Source: a virus
Lineage: Duplodnaviria > Caudoviricetes
IMG/VR virus record: IMGVR_UViG_3300014059_000970
Location: 32,001 to 96,000 of that record
Direction: 5' to 3' (one strand)
Length of the DNA: 64,000 nucleotides
Position 1 is the stretch's first letter. Every line of letters starts with the position of its first letter. Below, in pieces: positions 57,131 to 62,517 of the stretch. The notes under the pieces were generated by a model. That model did not search any database, was not told where the DNA came from, and saw nothing but the letters and a program-made list of their open reading frames with translations. Position numbers and translations under genes: made by a program.

Positions 57131-57580
57131 ATAAATCTTCAAATTTCCAACAACCTCGATGTATACCATGATGGCAATTACAACAAAGCGGTATCAAATT
57201 TGATTTATCGTTATTTTCTCTGTTGTGGTCTATATGATGAATATCTACACAACTTTTGAATTCATCGTAACCACATCTAACACAAACTAACTCTTCTTTT
57301 GACCAAATTCTTTACATTTTCTTGAACAGAAGTATAATCCGCTTCTAGAGCCACCTAAATGGTTCTTCCTTCTTGAAAAGGACTTCTTACATTGATAGCA
57401 TTCTAGTTCAACATATGAAGTGCTATTTTGTCTTCTGTATTCGTTAGAACATGCAAATTTACAACAAGTATAGTCTTGACTGATTCTGGTGAAAAAACTG
57501 TTGTTGCAAATTGGACAAACTTTTTCGTACCCTTTTCTAGTTTTACCATACGGGTCTGTAAATGTAATTAATTCTGGCAT
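57129..57580 (-). pseudogene. HNH endonuclease split by a frameshift
   Basis: Zinc-finger ORF stops at 57287; the -1 frame continues CVRCGYDE..DIHHIDHNRENN..NLIPLCCNCHHGIH to a stop at 57129. Confidence 0.75.
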
Positions 57581-57601
57581 AACTTAATATACACCAGAAT
57601 T
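57570..57601 (-). promoter_or_regulatory. 12-bp hairpin pairing the GGTGTA motif with the HNH start codon
   Basis: AATTCTGGTGTA pairs TATGCCAGAATT. Confidence 0.7.
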
Positions 57602-57642
57602 GTATTGCAAAGTACATTAAATCCACAATATTTGGTAAAAAA

Positions 57643-57710
57643 TGGAGCTTACGAGAATCGAACTCGTTAGCCGATTTTGCAGGAATCAGCGCTTACCCAT
57701 AAGAAACCCC
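57643..57710 (-). tRNA. tRNA-Ala(UGC), miniature D-arm (68 nt)
   Basis: G3:U70, A73; CTTA-TGGG-TAAG; loop CCTGCAA. Confidence 0.75.
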
Positions 57711-57777
57711 ATATACGGACCAATGATACTCGTCATTTGGTTGAACCAAAGAGTGGAGTGGTCCGTGTGTTACTTAC

Positions 57778-57805
57778 ATTATACACTATTTATTTCGATT
57801 GTCAA
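57778..57805 (-). promoter_or_regulatory. promoter TTGACA-N16-TATAAT
   Basis: Exact hexamers with AGTG extension. Confidence 0.8.
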
Positions 57806-57883
57806 GGGAAAATTTGCGAGATTTTGTAAGTTTTTCCATCGACCACAAAAGGCTTGGCATTAAAAGGGTCTAAATGGAAGAAA

Positions 57884-58087
57884 TTAACGCTCATAAGAGT
57901 CTCTTTTCCAACTAGAAAGTCTATTCTTAATAAGATTGCCCCATTTATCCCGTTCGTGCCTATTTATTGCTTCTAACCAAGTCCAACATTGCTGTTTAAC
58001 GTCTTCAAGTTCATGATATCCATAAATAAAATTTGGAGCTATTTTATCTATAATGGTGCTTAAAATAATCCTGTCTTCTTCTGTCAT
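57884..58087 (-). CDS. small protein resembling sigma-factor region 2 only
   Basis: IA..F.YGY.E.EDVKQQ..W.LEA....NRL..WKRD. Confidence 0.55.
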   Translation of the reverse strand: MTEEDRIILSTIIDKIAPNFIYGYHELEDVKQQCWTWLEAINRHERDKWGNLIKNRLSSWKRDSYER

Positions 58088-58106
58088 TGTATTTTTATGA
58101 AATAAC

Positions 58107-58184
58107 CTAGACACATTTTGGGAGTCGAACCCTTTAAAAAACTTTCACATTTTTTATTTACTATTTAATTGCTGTTCGTGCCTA
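58107..58184 (-). ncRNA. ACAGCA-scaffold RNA copy A (tRNA-fragment-like cargo)
   Basis: TAGGCAC-GA-ACAGCAAT ... GTGTCTAG; contains GGGTTCGACTCCC. Confidence 0.65.
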
Positions 58185-58186
58185 AG

Positions 58187-58259
58187 TGGGGCCTACTGGT
58201 TACGCTCCAGTTCCTCTAGCTTTTCAGACTAGCGCTTCTACTAAGTTAGCTTCGACCCC
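58187..58259 (-). tRNA. tRNA-Phe(GAA)
   Basis: CTAGT-CTGAAAA-GCTAG; non-canonical T loop AGCGTAA. Confidence 0.8.
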
Positions 58260-58263
58260 ATAA

Positions 58264-58376
58264 CTAGATACATTTTAAGGGTTTTACCATTAAACTACAC
58301 CACCATTAGGCGGTGACAGGACTCGAACCTGCGTCACTACATTAAAAGTGTAATTTTAAACTGCTGTTAGTATCTA
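58264..58376 (-). ncRNA. ACAGCA-scaffold RNA copy B carrying a circularly permuted tRNA-Lys(UUU)
   Basis: TAGATAC-TA-ACAGCAGT ... GTATCTAG enclosing anticodon arm, T arm, loop-closed acceptor stem and D arm. Confidence 0.75.
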
Positions 58377-58378
58377 AG

Positions 58379-58451
58379 CGGCTATTACGAGGATTGCACT
58401 CGCCACGGTCTGCTTGACGGGCAGATATCACCTCTAGGTGAACTAATAGCC
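58379..58451 (-). tRNA. tRNA-Asp(GUC), atypical D and T loops
   Basis: TCTGC-CCGTCAA-GCAGA; G73. Confidence 0.75.
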
Positions 58452-58455
58452 AAAA

Positions 58456-58544
58456 CTAGATAGTAGTGCCCTTTAGGTGGGCCTCCGCACCTTTGCCTTT
58501 CGGCGTTACTACAACGTATTATGGTTGATTGCTGTAACTATCTA
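58456..58544 (-). ncRNA. ACAGCA-scaffold RNA copy C (structured non-tRNA cargo)
   Basis: TAGATAG-TT-ACAGCAAT ... CTATCTAG; internal GCC-GAAA-GGC. Confidence 0.65.
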
Positions 58545-58547
58545 AAG

Positions 58548-58632
58548 TCGGTCGTAGAAGAATTGAACTACTTGCCGCCACCACACATATTAATGGCAAT
58601 TGTTTTACAGACAACCGTGTGGATTACGACCG
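58548..58632 (-). tRNA. tRNA-Tyr(GUA) lacking a D-arm
   Basis: CGGTCGT/ACGACCG-A; GTTGT-CTGTAAA-ACAAT; long variable arm. Confidence 0.7.
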
Positions 58633-58634
58633 AT

Positions 58635-58704
58635 TATAATTGTATCACGCCAGTCGGTCTATTTCTAGGGAAACTGGAATAACTTTTATCGACATACAAT
58701 TATA
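58635..58704 (-). ncRNA. unassigned structured RNA
   Basis: TATAATTGTAT/ATACAATTATA closing stem; CCAGT/ACTGG inner stem. Confidence 0.55.
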
Positions 58705-58705
58705 G

Positions 58706-58789
58706 CAGTTGGGAAGAGAGTCGAACTCTTCGGGCTTGTTACACCTGATTGTTTTCAAAACAATTTGACACGCCAATGTCCGCCCAACT
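58706..58789 (-). tRNA. tRNA-Ser(UGA)
   Basis: ATTGT-TTTGAAA-ACAAT; long variable arm; G73. Confidence 0.8.
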
Positions 58790-58942
58790 ATGTTTTACTA
58801 GAATATCTCCGCGCTTAACCTCTGTATCTTTTGGCAATAATACGCCAATACGGTCGCCTGGACCAATAGCTCTATTAGTCATACAAAGTTCTACACCAAG
58901 AACTCTAACAATTTCATTTTTCACGGGTTTTCTTTTCTCCAA
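58739..58942 (-). CDS. hypothetical protein (stop inside tRNA-Ser)
   Basis: 67 aa ORF; EVKRGDIL OB-like ending. Confidence 0.45.
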   Translation of the reverse strand: MEKRKPVKNEIVRVLGVELCMTNRAIGPGDRIGVLLPKDTEVKRGDILVKHSWADIGVSNCFENNQV

Positions 58943-59100
58943 GTCTTTTCAAACTCAGTTTGTACATTTTCTATCGAAAGTTCTAATAGTGTCTTTTCTA
59001 TTATCGCCTTACTCTCAAGAATCTCTTTTTGCAATTGTCTGATATGTCTTCTATGGTATAGCATACAATCAATTTTGATTCTTATTTCGTAATCTTTCAT
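58921..59100 (-). CDS. hypothetical protein
   Basis: MKDYEIR... directly after tRNA-Lys. Confidence 0.45.
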   Translation of the reverse strand: MKDYEIRIKIDCMLYHRRHIRQLQKEILESKAIIEKTLLELSIENVQTEFEKTWRKENP

Positions 59101-59103
59101 AAG

Positions 59104-59179
59104 TGCAACCGGAGGGATTTGAACCCACATTGTGTCATCGCTTAAAAGGCGAGTGCATTTGCCATTCTGCCACAGTTGC
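59104..59179 (-). tRNA. tRNA-Lys(UUU)
   Basis: Loop CTTTTAA; slightly enlarged variable loop. Confidence 0.8.
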
Positions 59180-59180
59180 A

Positions 59181-59240
59181 TAAAAAGTCGCCCCATCCCT
59201 ATAACAATTCGCGAACGAAAAGTTCAAGTGAGGAGCGACT
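59181..59240 (-). other. structured spacer / terminator-like element
   Basis: AGTCGCTCC/GGGGCGACT stem followed by TTTT. Confidence 0.45.
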
Positions 59241-59241
59241 A

Positions 59242-59313
59242 CTGTGTAGACAAGATTTGAACTTGTATCCCCGAAGTTAACAGCTTCGTGCATTACCGTT
59301 ATGCTACCACACA
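59242..59313 (-). tRNA. tRNA-Asn(GUU)
   Basis: CGAAG-CTGTTAA-CTTCG; G73. Confidence 0.88.
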
Positions 59314-59317
59314 AAAA

Positions 59318-59357
59318 CCATACACTCTAGCTTAAAGTCGTCTGTATGGGAACGACT
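59318..59357 (-). ncRNA. compact H-type pseudoknot
   Basis: AGTCGT/ACGACT and CCATACA/TGTATGG. Confidence 0.5.
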
Positions 59358-59359
59358 AG

Positions 59360-59441
59360 TGGCAGGGGCGGGACTCGAACCACTTTAATGCGTTCTCTTG
59401 GTTATGAGCCAAGTGAGATAACCAGCCTTCTCTACCCTGCG
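59360..59441 (-). tRNA. initiator-type tRNA-Met(CAU) with T-stem insertion
   Basis: C1:C72 mismatch; CTTGG-CTCATAA-CCAAG. Confidence 0.75.
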
Positions 59442-59446
59442 TCAAA

Positions 59447-59517
59447 AGTTGCAAAAAGGAATCGAACCCAATCTTTCAGCTTTGAGGGCTGACGTGCTTC
59501 CGTTACACTATCGCAAC
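59447..59517 (-). tRNA. tRNA with UCA anticodon (possible opal suppressor)
   Basis: TCAGC-CCTCAAA-GCTGA; weak T stem; C33. Confidence 0.55.
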
Positions 59518-59520
59518 AAG

Positions 59521-59593
59521 TCGCGTATTAGGGAATTAAACCCCGTTCTCCACCAATATGCACGGTGGCGAGTTAACATTACTCCATTACGCA
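59521..59593 (-). tRNA. degenerate tRNA-like gene (CAU?)
   Basis: Cloverleaf with CCACC-GTGCATATT-GGTGG. Confidence 0.45.
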
Positions 59594-59595
59594 AG

Positions 59596-59666
59596 TGGGC
59601 GAGGTAGGACTCACACCTACAAACACCGGTTTTAATCCCGGCCGCTTTAAATTAGCGTACCCGCCC
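59596..59666 (-). tRNA. degenerate tRNA-like gene (Leu-derived?)
   Basis: Good acceptor and T stems; 8-nt loop GATTAAAA. Confidence 0.45.
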
Positions 59667-59716
59667 AAAAACCCGGCCATTATTTCCATAACCTATTCGG
59701 TTAGCGGGATACCGGG
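59667..59716 (-). other. structured spacer / terminator-like hairpin
   Basis: CCCGGT/GCCGGG plus TAACC/GGTTA, followed by TTTTT. Confidence 0.4.
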
Positions 59717-59730
59717 GAATTAATTTTCAG

Positions 59731-59802
59731 TAACCCATAAGAGAATCGAACTCTTTTCTGCTCCTTGAAAGGGAACCGACATCACCAGTAGTCCAATGGG
59801 TC
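59731..59802 (-). tRNA. tRNA-Glu(UUC)
   Basis: GTTCC-CTTTCAA-GGAGC. Confidence 0.88.
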
Positions 59803-59842
59803 ATTACGATAGTTTAACCTACACCACTATCAAAGGGACTAA

Positions 59843-59913
59843 CAGGTTTACTCCGATTCGGACGGAGGATAATTGTTTTGGAGACAATTGTGATACCGCT
59901 TCACTATAAACCT
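59843..59913 (-). tRNA. tRNA-Trp(CCA)
   Basis: ATTGT-CTCCAAA-ACAAT; G73. Confidence 0.88.
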
Positions 59914-59914
59914 A

Positions 59915-60007
59915 TGGTCAGGATGCTGGAATTGAACCAGACAATTACGTGTGACGAGCCTAAGCTCAGCATCCATTGGATTTCAGGTCCGCCGGTCACT
60001 CATCCTG
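59915..60007 (-). ncRNA. tRNA-like RNA: acceptor stem, T arm and encoded CCA with a non-tRNA lower half
   Basis: CAGGATG/CATCCTG-ACCA; CTGG-TTCAATT-CCAG; GTGAC/GTCAC multibranch. Confidence 0.65.
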
Positions 60008-60014
60008 TAAGTCT

Positions 60015-60042
60015 ATTATACACTATTTAAAACGATTGTCAA
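60015..60042 (-). promoter_or_regulatory. promoter TTGACA-N16-TATAAT
   Basis: Exact hexamers heading the main RNA array. Confidence 0.85.
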
Positions 60043-60072
60043 GCCATTTTTCGGAAAAATCTTGGAAAATTT

Positions 60073-60303
60073 TTAATGGGGAGGCTCTAGGTCTATATGT
60101 AGGTCTTTTATAGCCTTAAGCACTTTTCTTGCCCAGATTCTGTCCTGCTCTTTAACCGCCTCTGATAACTCGCAGTAAGGCACCCAAAAATGCTCCCAGC
60201 GTGACAGTCTTGATTCCGACACTTCTCCTGCGACCGATTTGGACCACTCTACCCATTGGTCGTGTTCTAATTCTGCTAGTTTTTCGACTAATTCATCCTT
60301 CAT
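60073..60303 (-). CDS. hypothetical protein (RyR-repeat-like)
   Basis: LAELEHDQW...VPYCELSEAVKEQDR. Confidence 0.65.
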   Translation of the reverse strand: MKDELVEKLAELEHDQWVEWSKSVAGEVSESRLSRWEHFWVPYCELSEAVKEQDRIWARKVLKAIKDLHIDLEPPH

Positions 60304-60686
60304 TGAAATAGCTCCAAATCCTGTTCTGGGTATATAACACTTCTAACTAATTGTGTTTGCATTTCATATAATTTTTCAAGAGCGCCTTCTTTGTATAAGT
60401 CTTGCACTTCTTGAGAAATTCCACTTATATATTCTTCAAAAGTAGCATATCTGCGCGGTTCATCAAAAAGAACCATATATACATAGTCTTGTCTCCAGCC
60501 TTCAAAAATATCCCACCTTTTTAGAGTAAAATCATTTTTAAGGCCACAAAATGTCAGGGCCGGCATGGAGGCAACAATTCTACCAACTCCAGGAAAACCA
60601 GTTACTTTAGAACAAACAATATCCCCAATTTTATATATTGGCTCATTTGTCTGGGATATTAAATCTTCAAACTCCAGTGTCGTCAT
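60300..60686 (-). CDS. hypothetical protein
   Basis: 128 aa ORF overlapping both neighbours. Confidence 0.65.
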   Translation of the reverse strand: MTTLEFEDLISQTNEPIYKIGDIVCSKVTGFPGVGRIVASMPALTFCGLKNDFTLKRWDIFEGWRQDYVYMVLFDEPRRYATFEEYISGISQEVQDLYKEGALEKLYEMQTQLVRSVIYPEQDLELFQ

Positions 60687-60993
60687 TCTTTTCTTCCTCC
60701 CTTATTAGTTTATTGGCCAATTCCATCATCCTATCATATCTCTCGTCTTTTTTCTTTTGTTTTTCTGTCCTAGGATATTGGTCTGTCCAAGTAGCAAATT
60801 GTCTCACTCCACATTTATCACAAACCACATTAGTTGAGCTAGAATGATATTCTGTATGTTCTATTGTTTGGTGTTCACGCATCCATTTGTGGTCACAATA
60901 ACCTGGATATTTAAAGTCACATCGCTGGCATTGCTTATCTAGAAAAAACCAAAAGGACTTTTTATGTCCAAAGATTTTACAGAGTAAACTCAT
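60667..60993 (-). CDS. hypothetical Cys/His-rich protein
   Basis: LLCKIFGHK..CQRC..CDHKW..CDKCG. Confidence 0.65.
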   Translation of the reverse strand: MSLLCKIFGHKKSFWFFLDKQCQRCDFKYPGYCDHKWMREHQTIEHTEYHSSSTNVVCDKCGVRQFATWTDQYPRTEKQKKKDERYDRMMELANKLIREEEKNDDTGV

Positions 60994-62177
60994 ATGTCCG
61001 TCCGAATTTCTTTCCCGACAGGAAAATTAGGTACTGGCTTATCTGTTGTTGTATATCCGAAAAACTCTACTGTGAGCATATCACCAACCTTAATTTTACC
61101 AGCTTTCCAGTCTTCCCAAAACTCTGCCCTGGTATCGTAATCCCCTTTAGGCATAACATTAAATTCATTTCCGTCTTTTGTTACACAGCGGAATGTGCAA
61201 GTACCAACCCAATCCCCAATTACATTCTCTGTAGCTCCAACAATAGGAAATTCATCATCGTCAAATTTTTTATACTTCTGTAAATCCTTGGAACGGCCAT
61301 TAATTTTATAACCGCCGGCACGATTCCTTAACATTATTCCTTCATAACCCTGTGATACATATTGGTCGTGTAAAGTATCTATAGAATTTGCATTTGTTAA
61401 GTATACTGTTTCTACCTGTTGGATAAACTTCGTTCCGCTTGGAATCTTCGCCCATCTTTTAACATAGTCTGTGTTTTCTTCTACTATGTCGTAGATATGA
61501 AGTTCTATTTGGGCAGATAACTCATTAGCCTCGTCTCTTTTAACTGCCCCAATAATCTTGTTAAATAATGGGCCGTGAATGTATAATTCTCCATCATATA
61601 CGCCGTCTTGAAAGTTAGATAGTTCTTCTACTAAATGTGAAAGGGATTTCCATTCAACGTTCTTACGCGAGACTAATTTAACCTTACCATCTTTAACGAA
61701 AGCTAGACATCTCAATCCATTGAGTTTGGGCTGGACTAGACATGGGAATTTAATATGTTTGCCGTCATCCTTGTACTTTTTGGCCAACATAGGTCGCAAT
61801 GGTTTTTCAGTTGGAATATGCTCTGTATAACCGTCTCTATCGCGCTTTTTAGTCCAGAGACTTTCTGCTTTTGATTCGCACTGTTCTTGAACTGTTGTTT
61901 CGTTCTTCTTGCCGATATTTTTACCAGCAGAGATTTCAGTTATACTTTTAGTAAGTTTACCACCTAGCGTTCCGTGATACTGGCAATAGCCCCATACATT
62001 GGGCCTTATTTCCCCAACCTGGACCTCCCAAAATCTTACTTTACCTTTGTTGTCTAACTTATGTAACGCGGGCCAAGTCTTCATAAATTTCCTAATATAA
62101 TGGTCCTGTTGATTTATTTCTGCTTTTAATGCCGATAGACTTTTAGGAGTTGCTCTTTGTGGTCCAATATCACTCAT
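60990..62177 (-). CDS. ATP-dependent DNA ligase
   Basis: PMLA, QPKLNGLRC, YDGELY, GYEGIMLR, RSKDLQKYK, PNFP. Confidence 0.93.
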   Translation of the reverse strand: MSDIGPQRATPKSLSALKAEINQQDHYIRKFMKTWPALHKLDNKGKVRFWEVQVGEIRPNVWGYCQYHGTLGGKLTKSITEISAGKNIGKKNETTVQEQCESKAESLWTKKRDRDGYTEHIPTEKPLRPMLAKKYKDDGKHIKFPCLVQPKLNGLRCLAFVKDGKVKLVSRKNVEWKSLSHLVEELSNFQDGVYDGELYIHGPLFNKIIGAVKRDEANELSAQIELHIYDIVEENTDYVKRWAKIPSGTKFIQQVETVYLTNANSIDTLHDQYVSQGYEGIMLRNRAGGYKINGRSKDLQKYKKFDDDEFPIVGATENVIGDWVGTCTFRCVTKDGNEFNVMPKGDYDTRAEFWEDWKAGKIKVGDMLTVEFFGYTTTDKPVPNFPVGKEIRTDI

Positions 62178-62358
62178 TCCATAGTTCCATATAAACTGGA
62201 TTGCCAAACTTGTATATCGAAATAGCCGTATTAAATTCCTGTCTGTTAGTATAATCTAAAAAACAGTCTCCATATTTCCAAAATACTACAGAATGTGGAA
62301 CCATATGAAAATTACCATCTTTTAGCATTTTCATCATTTGTTTGTAGGTTAGAATCAT
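62170..62358 (-). CDS. hypothetical protein
   Basis: 62 aa ORF overlapping both neighbours. Confidence 0.5.
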   Translation of the reverse strand: MILTYKQMMKMLKDGNFHMVPHSVVFWKYGDCFLDYTNRQEFNTAISIYKFGNPVYMELWNE

Positions 62359-62513
62359 AAAAAGTTAATTTCCACCCCTAGTTCTTTGGCTAAATCTAGT
62401 ATTCTTTGCTTTTTAGATTCCATTTCACAATCCGGCTCATCCCTTTTATAAGGAATTGTCTTTGGTTCCTGAACCTTTTTATTCCACTTGTCGTCGTAAT
62501 AATCCTTAATCAT
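62355..62513 (-). CDS. hypothetical protein
   Basis: MIKDYY... after tRNA-His. Confidence 0.5.
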   Translation of the reverse strand: MIKDYYDDKWNKKVQEPKTIPYKRDEPDCEMESKKQRILDLAKELGVEINFL

Positions 62514-62517
62514 ATCA

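Noticed and set aside
57643-57710. tmRNA tRNA-like domain
   Set aside because: Ala acceptor is closed by a UGC anticodon arm within 68 nt; no tag ORF
59186-59240. Theta/HDV-like ribozyme after tRNA-Asn (contains TCCTCAC)
   Set aside because: P3 cannot form around that loop and there is no catalytic-C strand; a simple stem plus U tract fits better
59447-59517. tRNA-Sec
   Set aside because: 71 nt, no long variable arm, 7-bp acceptor stem
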